Positions 17,732 through 26,897 of a stretch of DNA of 57,273 bases are shown here, piece after piece. The notes beneath the pieces were generated by a model. The model was given only the letters and a program-made list of their open reading frames with translations. It was not told the DNA's origin and searched no databases. A program made the position numbers and the translations under genes. Source of the DNA: a virus (lineage: Duplodnaviria; Caudoviricetes); the IMG/VR virus record IMGVR_UViG_3300025127_000044, positions 1 to 57,273 of that record; one strand, given 5' to 3'. Each line of letters starts with the position of its first letter. The first letter of the stretch is position 1.

Positions 17732-17986
17732 ATGACATTAGATACTGATAAAGTAAGGATGCACTGGACAAACCTTGCGCAATATCTTAGATATCAACTT
17801 CCAAATTTAATAGACGACGAAATCAAATATTGGGTCTACGAGACCTCCGCTTCGGGCAATTGCCCCGATCAAGACGAAGACGCACTATATGAAATTCTCT
17901 CAGATATGGCTGAGTGGAAGATCCTTGTGTCTTACGACGTCAATCCTACATATGGTGATAATCCAGATCATCTGTGTGATATTTAA
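17732..17986 (+). CDS. Hypothetical protein
   Basis: ORF track 17726..17986. Confidence 0.65.
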   Translation: MTLDTDKVRMHWTNLAQYLRYQLPNLIDDEIKYWVYETSASGNCPDQDEDALYEILSDMAEWKILVSYDVNPTYGDNPDHLCDI

Positions 17987-17992
17987 AACTCT

Positions 17993-18013
17993 TGGCCGAG
18001 CTACCGCCGGCCA
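17993..18013 (+). promoter_or_regulatory. Hairpin element H18
   Basis: TGGCCG(A)GC-TACC-GCCGGCCA. Confidence 0.65.
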
Positions 18014-18054
18014 TATCCACTGTGCCTTAAGGCAATATCAACTCTCAATCAACT

Positions 18055-18690
18055 ATGACTATTATTTCAACTTCATCTAACGCTCTTCTTTCTGAACTTT
18101 CTGGCGGTGTTGCACCCCAGGTTGATTACATGTTTGGCATTGGTCTAGTCAAGGAAAGCGATGCTGTTTATTTCCAGTACTTGGGTGATGACAGTAAAGA
18201 AGCTTTTGTTTACCAAAATGGTAAGCCTGTCACTCGTTTTCCAAATGTACGCATCACAGGCCTGAGCATTGGTGAAGACATTGGTGAATTCAATCAAACT
18301 AAACTCAATGTATTCATTGAGACGCAACAAGGTAGTTCTATCATGCTCACCTCTGGCCTGACCACACTTTGGTCAAAATGCATTATTACTGGCCTGATGG
18401 GCTTGTTTGTGCAAGATTCCCTTGACTCCATCATCAACATTGATACTTGGAAAGGTACTTCTAAACTCAAGCCTTGTTTTGCTGCTATTCGTAACAACGG
18501 TATCAAGGTTGTTAATGAAGAAATCAAAGAGCAACTCAATGAAGCAGACAAAGCTGAAAAAGAACAGATCATCCGTGATTGTGTAGCGCTCATCTCTGAA
18601 GCTGTTACAGGCCTCCCTGTTGTCGCTACTGCTGTAGAAGATGCTCCCGTCACCAACAGCCAGCTTGCTGCAGCTGCAGGGGATTTCTGA
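18055..18690 (+). CDS. Hypothetical protein
   Basis: 211 aa, beta-rich, ends GDF. Confidence 0.8.
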   Translation: MTIISTSSNALLSELSGGVAPQVDYMFGIGLVKESDAVYFQYLGDDSKEAFVYQNGKPVTRFPNVRITGLSIGEDIGEFNQTKLNVFIETQQGSSIMLTSGLTTLWSKCIITGLMGLFVQDSLDSIINIDTWKGTSKLKPCFAAIRNNGIKVVNEEIKEQLNEADKAEKEQIIRDCVALISEAVTGLPVVATAVEDAPVTNSQLAAAAGDF

Positions 18691-18917
18691 TGGCCACTCA
18701 TGGCCAACCTGCACGTAAACTTACTGTTGATATCAATCAGTATTTGATTGATAGTTTTCCTACACTCAACCTTCGTTCCCGTAATGCTATCGGGGCGTTG
18801 GTTGAGAAAGCAAACATTAACTTAAGTTCTGTGCATAAACAGATTGACAAAATTGCCAAAGATTATGTCTCATCCATTGATCAAGGAACTGACAATGCTG
18901 AGGAGGATGCGGCTTGA
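18690..18917 (+). CDS. Hypothetical protein
   Basis: 75 aa, TGATG-coupled. Confidence 0.7.
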   Translation: MATHGQPARKLTVDINQYLIDSFPTLNLRSRNAIGALVEKANINLSSVHKQIDKIAKDYVSSIDQGTDNAEEDAA

Positions 18918-19074
18918 TGTTGCATGGCTCCAAAATCTAGTAGACATTGAAGACGAACACACAATTGGGTCTCTCAAAGCTCTGCTTGAGCGGCTCAAAA
19001 AACCAGACATTTTAGAACAGGTAATGAGCGATGGATATCAACATTCAAGATTACGATTTACAAGAAGCAATTAA
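18907..19074 (+). CDS. Small hypothetical protein
   Basis: MRLDVAWLQNL... after GAGGAGG. Confidence 0.5.
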   Translation: MRLDVAWLQNLVDIEDEHTIGSLKALLERLKKPDILEQVMSDGYQHSRLRFTRSN

Positions 19075-19246
19075 TCTTTGCTACGCAGCTAATCAGCAAG
19101 ATGCGCCTCAAACTTGTGAGTTCTATTTAAATCAAGTTCTTAATATCCTTTATGGATATTTGCCACCAGATGGACGAGAGAAGCTTGATGTGTATCTAGC
19201 TGAAAAGCAATACATTCCACCAGTCACCATTGAACTTGCTAAATGA
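19031..19246 (+). CDS. Hypothetical protein
   Basis: 71 aa ORF. Confidence 0.7.
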   Translation: MDINIQDYDLQEAINLCYAANQQDAPQTCEFYLNQVLNILYGYLPPDGREKLDVYLAEKQYIPPVTIELAK

Positions 19247-19425
19247 CACCTGAACAACGGGACAAACTTCAAGATGCCTATTGCCAACAGATTGTTGACG
19301 ATATGGATCTAAAAACATTGTGTGCTTTTGTTTATGACAGCATCGACTGCACTCTCGATGATTATACAAACGAAGAGTTTATTACTGAAGTTAAACAGTA
19401 TTACCCTCACCTTCTTGAAGAATGA
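19243..19425 (+). CDS. Conserved cyanophage-type hypothetical protein
   Basis: AYCQQIVDDMDLKTL ... YYPHLLEE. Confidence 0.75.
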   Translation: MTPEQRDKLQDAYCQQIVDDMDLKTLCAFVYDSIDCTLDDYTNEEFITEVKQYYPHLLEE

Positions 19426-19709
19426 AAAAGCCACCTCAGCCGATGAAAGCCGTGGTTGTTTCTGAACCACGCATTTGCGACATCAACGACATGGAAGCTT
19501 TCGCTTACGAAGCTGAAATGGAATATGTACGTAAAGATCCAGAGGTAAAGTACATCCTGTGCACTCCTTTGGACGACGTACAAATTGGTGATCGAGTTGA
19601 TTTAGTTTATAACTTAGCCAAACGTGCGTATCAACACAAATACGCATGCAAATCAAATGAATACAACACTCATGGGGGTTTTTATTACACTAATGGTAGA
19701 CCTGCGTAA
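19422..19709 (+). CDS. Hypothetical protein
   Basis: 95 aa, ATGA-coupled. Confidence 0.7.
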   Translation: MKKPPQPMKAVVVSEPRICDINDMEAFAYEAEMEYVRKDPEVKYILCTPLDDVQIGDRVDLVYNLAKRAYQHKYACKSNEYNTHGGFYYTNGRPA

Positions 19710-19885
19710 TAATATATAAATGGTCAACAAAGAATACAAAGCCATCTATTTGGATGGTGATGGTAAGGAATTTACAGTTTTTGTGGCATCAACCACAACT
19801 CGCAATGCAATCGACACTGTACTTGAGCATTATAAAAATGCATACCGTGTGATCAAGTGTTGCCCATATACCACTGCATAAATAG

Positions 19886-20236
19886 ATGATGAAATTGTAT
19901 CAGCTATATGTCTTTACTCAGGACTCCTGCCCACCATGTACACGTCTTAAGGACTACATCAATACTCTTTCGGAGACTGAGAAAGCAGAGCTCAAAATGG
20001 TCCCTTTTAAGGCACCCAGTGGCTCTCTTACGGCGCTTGCGGAGGACTTTGAGGTGGCGTCTACGCCAACATTAGTTGTCTGCCACGAAGACCTCGTTTG
20101 CGCCATCGACGATGATGGAGATGAATGGTGTGACGGTAAGGAATCCATTGTCGAAAAAATTGTAGGAGCTACCAAGATTATTGAGGCTCTTCCATCAACT
20201 TTAGATGCATATACATATGCTCATCCCGCAGAATAG
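19886..20236 (+). CDS. Thioredoxin/glutaredoxin-fold protein
   Basis: FTQDSCPPC active site, STPTLVV cis-Pro, IVG motif. Confidence 0.85.
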   Translation: MMKLYQLYVFTQDSCPPCTRLKDYINTLSETEKAELKMVPFKAPSGSLTALAEDFEVASTPTLVVCHEDLVCAIDDDGDEWCDGKESIVEKIVGATKIIEALPSTLDAYTYAHPAE

Positions 20237-20247
20237 AAAAAATATCC

Positions 20248-20448
20248 ATGGCTCTTTCAAAATCAGTTACAGACTCACTAGAAGCAGCAGAAGGACAAAT
20301 TAGAAATGCATTAGCTTTTGCTGCGCGACAGGAGCGACCTGTTACATGTGCAGCTATTGCTGACTTGCTTCAACGATTAGAAGCTGTGTCATCTGTAGAT
20401 GACATGATTGACAAAATAGAAAATCATCTTCCTGACTTCGAACTTTGA
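20248..20448 (+). CDS. Conserved cyanophage-type hypothetical protein
   Basis: MALSKSVTDSLEAAEGQIRNALAFAARQERP. Confidence 0.75.
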   Translation: MALSKSVTDSLEAAEGQIRNALAFAARQERPVTCAAIADLLQRLEAVSSVDDMIDKIENHLPDFEL

Positions 20449-20483
20449 ATACTCATATAAATAGCAAAAGATCTCTTAAAGAA

Positions 20484-20714
20484 ATGTCAAATAATAAAGC
20501 AAACGTTGTTGAAGCGCAGGGAGTTATTTATAAGGAAAGCGGTAATGGCTATTTCAATGTTGAATTGAATGAACCTGAAGGGCACCAATGCCTCTGCCGT
20601 GCTTCAGGTAAGTTGATCACTAGAAAAATCCAACTTCTTGTTGGAGATAATGTCACTGTTGAATTATCTCCTTTTGACCTTTCCCGAGGTCGCATTACCT
20701 TTCGGGATAAATGA
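20484..20714 (+). CDS. infA: Translation initiation factor IF-1
   Basis: VEAQGVI ... FNVEL ... SGK ... I.LLVGDNVTVELSPFDLSRGRITFR, the IF-1 signature. Confidence 0.92.
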   Translation: MSNNKANVVEAQGVIYKESGNGYFNVELNEPEGHQCLCRASGKLITRKIQLLVGDNVTVELSPFDLSRGRITFRDK

Positions 20715-20756
20715 TTCAACCTATAATTAGACTGTTTTACAACAACAAATATATTC

Positions 20757-21155
20757 ATGGATCCAAGCGAACAAGCTATTGAATTTAGAAAGGCTTTTAA
20801 TGTAATAAACTCAAGTCATAAAGGTGACTTCCAATTCACATTGATTGAAGAAGAGTTTCGCGAATTTACCGAAGCTCATCTTAAACTGGGAACGTATGAA
20901 GGATCAGAGCCTGATGCTCTTAAAGAGCTAGCGGATCTGGTGTATGTAATATTTCAATACTCTGAAAATCTTGAATGGGATTTACTAGAAGCGCTTAGAC
21001 GTGTTCATAAAAGTAACATGTCAAAACTAGACGATGAAGGTAAACCTATCTATCGCGAAGACGGAAAAGTACTGAAAGGGCCTAATTACAAACCGCCATT
21101 TCTCGACGATCTTTTTAGCAACGGTCCTTTTTCATCACAATTTGGATTTCACTGA
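20757..21155 (+). CDS. MazG-like/PRA-PH NTP pyrophosphohydrolase
   Basis: LIEEEFRE, LKELADLVYV, VHKSNMSK, REDGKVLKGPNY. Confidence 0.9.
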   Translation: MDPSEQAIEFRKAFNVINSSHKGDFQFTLIEEEFREFTEAHLKLGTYEGSEPDALKELADLVYVIFQYSENLEWDLLEALRRVHKSNMSKLDDEGKPIYREDGKVLKGPNYKPPFLDDLFSNGPFSSQFGFH

Positions 21156-21156
21156 T

Positions 21157-22566
21157 ATGAATAACTCAAAAATTGCCCGCACTGGGCGTGTTCAAAACTG
21201 GATGGATAATCCCGAGAGCCGACTCCCTGTTAGCTGTACGGTTTTTGTTGTAGACGACTCAATGGAGGGACCTAATGGAATCGAAGCAAGCTGGAAATTT
21301 GTGTCGCACGCTCTACGATATGGAGCTGGAGTTGCTGTACATCTTTCAAACATCCGACCTAGAGGAAGTGAGAATGGCCGTGGGCTCGTTGCGAGCGGCC
21401 CGTGTTCGTTTGCAAAATTCTATAACGTCCAAAATTCCGAACTCCGAAGGGGCGGTTATTACAAAAACGGAGCAGTCGTCCTCCATTTAGACCTTGATCA
21501 TCCTGATATTATTGAGTTTTGCAATCTTCCAAGGCAACAATACGACTGGGTAAAGCGGTGCGTAAACCTTGACAAGGAAATGTGGATGCATTCTTCTCAA
21601 GATGTAAAACAAGAAATTATTGATGGTATTGCACGTGGTGATCTTTGGCTTGCGAAAATTCGCCATGATCAGCAAGGTCAACGAATTTATGCCAACGTTT
21701 GCCTTGAAGTGTTCCTCCGTAGTCGTGGTACCTGTTTGTTAGAGCACATTAATCTTGGAGCTTGTTCCCCAGAAGAAATTTCTGATGCCTTTAAAGAAGG
21801 AATGACAGAGCTCATTAATCTGCACTCTCAAACAGGTGTAGAAAATACTGGAGAGTATCTTTCACAAGAAGAAGATCGACAAGTGGGCTTAGGAATGCTA
21901 GGCCTTGCTAATCTGCTAGCTCTTGAAGGTGTTCTTTATTCTGAGTTTGCTGATGCTATTGAATATCATCTTGGTTATTCTCACCAATCAACGGTGACTC
22001 CTAAAGCACTTAATATTGTAAGAGCACTACGACAAGGCATTGAAGATGCTGCAGACATAGCTAAAGCCGCCAACATGGATCGTGCTTTTGCTATCGCTCC
22101 AACAGCTTCATGTTCTTATAGATATACAGATCGAGCAGGCTATACCACCGCCCCCGAGTTGGCTCCACCAATTGGGCGCGTTACGGATAGGGACAGCTCA
22201 ACCTTCGGTGTCGAGCAAGTTAATTACGGAAACGTAGAAACGGCTGAAGAAGTTGGCTGGCGTGATTACACACGTGTAGTTGATGGAATCATGTATATGC
22301 TTAATCAAACAGGTCTAGCTCATGGTTATAGCTTCAATTCATGGAGCGACGTATGTATTTATGACGAGCTGTTCATTAAGCAGTGGTTAGATTCTCCGCA
22401 AACAAGTCTTTACTACAGTCTTCAAGTTATGCAGAATACGCAAGCTAAAGACGATGCTATGGCTGCCCTGGATGAAACATACGATTTCACCTTTAGCGAT
22501 CTTGACCCCGACGATAACGATACACCCATTACCTTGGACAATTTTTGTTCAACTTGCGCTGAATAA
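21157..22566 (+). CDS. nrdA: Ribonucleotide reductase alpha subunit, short cyanophage class I type
   Basis: PVSC, NVCLE thiyl motif, IAPTAS, SLYY, C-terminal CxxC; no ATP cone. Confidence 0.9.
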   Translation: MNNSKIARTGRVQNWMDNPESRLPVSCTVFVVDDSMEGPNGIEASWKFVSHALRYGAGVAVHLSNIRPRGSENGRGLVASGPCSFAKFYNVQNSELRRGGYYKNGAVVLHLDLDHPDIIEFCNLPRQQYDWVKRCVNLDKEMWMHSSQDVKQEIIDGIARGDLWLAKIRHDQQGQRIYANVCLEVFLRSRGTCLLEHINLGACSPEEISDAFKEGMTELINLHSQTGVENTGEYLSQEEDRQVGLGMLGLANLLALEGVLYSEFADAIEYHLGYSHQSTVTPKALNIVRALRQGIEDAADIAKAANMDRAFAIAPTASCSYRYTDRAGYTTAPELAPPIGRVTDRDSSTFGVEQVNYGNVETAEEVGWRDYTRVVDGIMYMLNQTGLAHGYSFNSWSDVCIYDELFIKQWLDSPQTSLYYSLQVMQNTQAKDDAMAALDETYDFTFSDLDPDDNDTPITLDNFCSTCAE

Positions 22567-22578
22567 TCTTTTATTGAA

Positions 22579-23382
22579 ATGACCTACAAAGTATCTAAGC
22601 AAGAACTTGCTGTACTCGGCAGCCCTGAAGAACAGGTCCGTGCTGGGATTACTAGCCCACGATCAGCCTATGAAAAACTGATCGCTCGTAAACGTACATG
22701 GACCCCTGTTGCCGTATCTGCTGGCAAGTTACTTGAGGGTGGTGAAGACGTTGTTCTTCGTGGTCTGGCTTTGCGTTGTCTAGAAATCCCTGTAGGCGAC
22801 TTTATTACTGAAGCAATGAAAGGAGACTTGCCCGAAGAAATCGGATGCATGGAGCTCCTTAAGTCCAACGTACAAGACGAGGAAAAGCATGATATCGCAT
22901 TGGATTTTGCTGCCCAAGCTCATGGGATACCCTCCCGTTATGAAGCTGAAGCTGAGAGAATTAAAAAGGCTTGGCTTGAGCTTGATCGACACCCTGTCCT
23001 CAAAGCTGTGGTCCTTGAAAGATCCGTGTTCTTCGTGCTCTTGCCAATATTCCGCTATCTCGGAGACACAGGACTTAGAACTACTTCAGCCGATATCAGC
23101 CGAGACGAGCAGACCCACGTATGCGCGAACACACTCGTTTGCCAATCACTCGGTCTCGGATCGGATAAACGACTGAACAACCTTCGCAAAGCTACTGTTG
23201 ACTGGTTTTTACAATCATTAGATGCTGAAAACGAAAATAAGTATCTATCTGCCAACTTCTGGATGAATCAATCAAACAGTCTTTATGAGCGAGGAAAAGC
23301 GGCTGGACTTACCGATACAAGAGCAAGCCGCATGCCTGCTTTCTTCGAGACAAATAATATTAACCTCCCACAATACGCTTAA
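22579..23382 (+). CDS. nrdB: Ribonucleotide reductase beta subunit (ferritin-like)
   Basis: E...DEEKH...E...DEQTH ligands; directly after the alpha gene; C-terminal Tyr. Confidence 0.8.
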   Translation: MTYKVSKQELAVLGSPEEQVRAGITSPRSAYEKLIARKRTWTPVAVSAGKLLEGGEDVVLRGLALRCLEIPVGDFITEAMKGDLPEEIGCMELLKSNVQDEEKHDIALDFAAQAHGIPSRYEAEAERIKKAWLELDRHPVLKAVVLERSVFFVLLPIFRYLGDTGLRTTSADISRDEQTHVCANTLVCQSLGLGSDKRLNNLRKATVDWFLQSLDAENENKYLSANFWMNQSNSLYERGKAAGLTDTRASRMPAFFETNNINLPQYA

Positions 23383-23491
23383 TGGTAAAAACTTTTATTA
23401 TCTTCTTGCTTGCTCTTGCTTGTTTTATCGAAGGCTATCATATTTACTGGCATGAGCACTGCCCTAAATGCGAGATTTGTGATTATTAATT

Positions 23492-24127
23492 ATGCATAAT
23501 GCACAACTAATATGGGTTACTCCAGACGCGGAGTCACTCATAGGTAAGATTGCCAGAGTATCTAATCCCAAGAATGAAGATAACCCCGAAGTTGAAAAAC
23601 TTTTAAGGTATCTCATTAAGCACAAACATTGGAGTCCCTTTGAAATGGTTTCTATGTGCTGTGAAATACACACAACACGTGCCATTTCTCCTCAAATCTT
23701 ACGACACCGTTCCTTCTCATTTCAGGAATTTAGTCAGAGATACGCCATTCCTACAGATACTTTTGCGACAGTAAACCCTGACTTACGAAGACAAGATGCC
23801 AGTAATCGGCAAAACTCTATAGACGATCTTGAATCAGAAAGAACTGAATACTACCAAAAAAGAATTGATGATCACTTCCGTGAAGCAGTCAATCTTTACG
23901 AATCACTCCTCCACTCAGGAGTTGCAAAGGAATGTGCACGATCAGTACTACCAATCAATACTGTTACTCGTCTGTATATGTCTGGGACTTTGCGTAGTTG
24001 GCTCCATTACTGTGACTTACGTTGCGGTAACGGCACTCAAGCTGAGCATCGTCTAATTGCTGAATCTATTAAAGAAATTATAACTACCAATTTTCCCACT
24101 GTAGCCCACGCTATGTGGGACATCTGA
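23492..24127 (+). CDS. thyX: Flavin-dependent thymidylate synthase
   Basis: HWSPFE, RHRSFSFQEFSQRY (RHRx7S), KECARSVLP. Confidence 0.97.
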   Translation: MHNAQLIWVTPDAESLIGKIARVSNPKNEDNPEVEKLLRYLIKHKHWSPFEMVSMCCEIHTTRAISPQILRHRSFSFQEFSQRYAIPTDTFATVNPDLRRQDASNRQNSIDDLESERTEYYQKRIDDHFREAVNLYESLLHSGVAKECARSVLPINTVTRLYMSGTLRSWLHYCDLRCGNGTQAEHRLIAESIKEIITTNFPTVAHAMWDI

Positions 24128-24160
24128 TTAAACTTAAGACTGAAAAGATATTCAGTCAAT

Positions 24161-24820
24161 ATGAATTTTATAGCTGCAACTGTTGAACTCACCGGATCTG
24201 CTACCGATACAGTCGATGCTTATGGGCTGTCTTATATCAGCGCTAGTGCTGTTGTGCCCTCTAGTAGTTCTAATGGAGAGGTCCGACTCCGGCTGCTCTG
24301 CTTTAACAGAGAAGGACCAAAACTCACAGCTTTCACGAGTTGGGTACCTGGTACACGTGCTTTAATTACTGGTAATCTTGTTTTTTCAGATGATACTAGT
24401 CAACCGCTAGATCTCATTGTCTCAACACTTGAAACCAGCATTCCTAGTGATATGTACTGCAATCAGGTTGTTTTGGGTAATGCATTTTTCGGAAGTAGTG
24501 AAATCAAAGAGAGAAAAAATGGACAGATTGCAACCAAAATTGGATCAACACTTGATAACTCGGACATCACAACTTGGCTATTCCTTGAGGCACATGAAAG
24601 CCGCAAAGCCAAATTACAAGATCGAATCCGCAAAGGACGTCCCATCTGCGTTCAAGGTTACTTGCGCGAATATCGTAAAGACGATAGTGATTCTCCCTAC
24701 CGTGCCATTGTTGCGAGTGATTTTTCTACTCGTAAGGATCGCCCAAGAAGCGGACAGAATCCAGCGACGAGTAATTCAGCAGCGGGCTACGCAGAAGTTG
24801 ACCCAACTCCGGATTATTGA
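24161..24820 (+). CDS. Tandem OB-fold ssDNA-binding-like protein
   Basis: Two SSB-like units (GTRALITGNL; NQVVLGN ... KGRPICVQGYLREY) and an acidic tail. Confidence 0.6.
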   Translation: MNFIAATVELTGSATDTVDAYGLSYISASAVVPSSSSNGEVRLRLLCFNREGPKLTAFTSWVPGTRALITGNLVFSDDTSQPLDLIVSTLETSIPSDMYCNQVVLGNAFFGSSEIKERKNGQIATKIGSTLDNSDITTWLFLEAHESRKAKLQDRIRKGRPICVQGYLREYRKDDSDSPYRAIVASDFSTRKDRPRSGQNPATSNSAAGYAEVDPTPDY

Positions 24821-24935
24821 AAGAGCTTGGCATAACCATTTAAATCGCCCTGGATGGGATGCCCCAATCTATGATGTAGAACCTCACACATAATTGCTCT
24901 AGTTCTTATAGTTGGAGTGTCTAGTAAATATATAA

Positions 24936-25676
24936 ATGACACTCCAAGTATTACCTCCAGAACTAACAAAAAAACAAGACAAAATTGAAACAAAAGAACC
25001 CCAACCTTATTGGAAACCAAGCTCTCTAAGTGATGGTGAATCAGAAGAGTTCAGGCTCCTTGGCTGCTACGAAACAGGTCACGCTATCGTCGGATGGCAA
25101 TATGCCTCTGAAAAAGCTGACCAAAAGACAGGGGAGTTGCGTTTCAACGGATATGTTGTTACTCGTAGCTATCCTGATAATCCCTCTGATCTTGCTCGTG
25201 AAACTGATTGGAGCAAACCCGATCGTCCCAAAATTGATGGCTCCTACGTCAAACCACGTAGGTTTTTAGCTTGGGTTGCTACCTCAGCAGCACGAGGACG
25301 ACTTGAAGTTCTATTTATTGAACAGAAGTCACTTCGAGATCAGTTAACTGAAATCTTGATGGAAATCGAAGATTACACATGGACGGAGGAAGGTCTTGCA
25401 AACTTCTCGATTAAAATCAGCCGTAAGGGTACTGGCTTGGAAACTACATATAGTATTCTCCCAAAGGTACGTCCTGTTCCGGAGAAGATTAAAAAACAGT
25501 GGACTAAAGAGAAAGAATCAATTTGGCTTCCTAACTTCTTTGAAGGTAAAGATCCTTTTGACGGCAAACAAACTGACCTTAAAGGTTTACCGGCTGGCGG
25601 CACCGACAAAAGTGGCTCGACAGTTTTACCCACCAAACCCCAGACAGTAAAGGCTGATTTAAACGACGAATTTTAA
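24936..25676 (+). CDS. Putative phage ssDNA-binding/annealing protein
   Basis: KISRKGTGLETTYSILP motif, acidic end DDEF-like (LNDEF), located in the replication module. Confidence 0.55.
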   Translation: MTLQVLPPELTKKQDKIETKEPQPYWKPSSLSDGESEEFRLLGCYETGHAIVGWQYASEKADQKTGELRFNGYVVTRSYPDNPSDLARETDWSKPDRPKIDGSYVKPRRFLAWVATSAARGRLEVLFIEQKSLRDQLTEILMEIEDYTWTEEGLANFSIKISRKGTGLETTYSILPKVRPVPEKIKKQWTKEKESIWLPNFFEGKDPFDGKQTDLKGLPAGGTDKSGSTVLPTKPQTVKADLNDEF

Positions 25677-25684
25677 ATATTATT

Positions 25685-26134
25685 ATGACTAACTCACTAC
25701 AAAATTTACCGCCTGAACTACAAGCTCGTCTTGCTGCAGTAATGGCTGGAAAGCAACAAGCAGATCCTGGTCTACAGGCTGCTGCTCAAGCTGCTGCTCA
25801 AATGCAAACGAGCGATCTACCAGCCGCTCAAGTACAGCCACCTCTTCAGATGCAACAGGGTGCCCCTGCTGTACCAGTACAAGCGCCTCAGACTGCTCCA
25901 AAACCTACATTGGTTGATATTCTCACTTTGTTGCGCCAAGAAATCGGTGCTCTACGTAATGAAGTTTCTGAAGTAAGGCAACAAGTCATTGCATCATCTC
26001 AGGTCAATGAAGCTGTAGGTCATGCAGTAGGAAGGATGTATCAGATGTTTCAACCAACCGAACAGGCAGCTGCAGCTCCAACGTATAGCCAGAACTTTCA
26101 AAGCCAAGCGGTAGACGAAGACAGTGACTACTGA
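25685..26134 (+). CDS. Gln/Ala-rich coiled-coil protein
   Basis: 149 aa, low-complexity region plus heptads. Confidence 0.75.
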   Translation: MTNSLQNLPPELQARLAAVMAGKQQADPGLQAAAQAAAQMQTSDLPAAQVQPPLQMQQGAPAVPVQAPQTAPKPTLVDILTLLRQEIGALRNEVSEVRQQVIASSQVNEAVGHAVGRMYQMFQPTEQAAAAPTYSQNFQSQAVDEDSDY

Positions 26135-26897
26135 GAAGCCGTATAGAATTCAAACTCCTAGCGGCTATCGTAAATATCTGTGTTCCGGGATGTATCTCCC
26201 GTCAGTGACGACAGTTTTGTCGGCCACTGAATCCGAAAAATCAAAGGCTGGTTTACGTACTTGGCAACTGAATAACCCTGGCGCTCTTGAAGCTGCTAGT
26301 ACTCGTGGTTCAGCAATACACAAATGTTGTGAAGACCACATTCGAGGAATTCCTGTGGATTGCGCGGATGAATATCAAGGCTTTTGGAATGGAATGTCCC
26401 AATACCTTGATTGGTTTGATATAATTCACTGGTCAGAGCGGCCTCTTCGTCAGGATTGGTATCACTTGCGCTCTGATGACAAAGAGGTATCTTTTGTTTG
26501 GAGTACTGAACACAGATATGCTGGCTGCCCAGATCTAATAGGCGAAATAGGAGGTGTAAAAGTCATTGCTGATTTTAAAACCAGTAATAGTCCATATATG
26601 AATACGTTTCCTGATAAAGGTGATCGTATGGGTTTTGGTGGCTTCCGTAAATACCAAAAATGCGCTCAACAAATGGCTGCTTATAGGTATGCACTAAATG
26701 AACGCACTGGTTTTTTATGTGATGTTGCCTTAGTTATTGTTTCTACTGATGAAACTACCCAAGGTATCTTTATTGACGGCGATCAGCTTAAATTACATGA
26801 ATCTCGTTTCTTGAAGCGAGCTCAACAGTTCCACGAAAAAGAAGACAATAATGAAACTTCAGATTGCAGTCAACAAGAACTGCAAGAACAAAACTAA
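26124..26897 (+). CDS. PD-(D/E)XK exonuclease
   Basis: PSVTTVL, RGSAIH, YAGCPD, ADFKTS, QMAAY. Confidence 0.88.
   Translation: MTTEKPYRIQTPSGYRKYLCSGMYLPSVTTVLSATESEKSKAGLRTWQLNNPGALEAASTRGSAIHKCCEDHIRGIPVDCADEYQGFWNGMSQYLDWFDIIHWSERPLRQDWYHLRSDDKEVSFVWSTEHRYAGCPDLIGEIGGVKVIADFKTSNSPYMNTFPDKGDRMGFGGFRKYQKCAQQMAAYRYALNERTGFLCDVALVIVSTDETTQGIFIDGDQLKLHESRFLKRAQQFHEKEDNNETSDCSQQELQEQN

Noticed and set aside
26124-26897. Exonuclease as a CRISPR-associated Cas4
   Set aside because: Lacks the C-terminal Cys cluster and sits in a replication operon with no array
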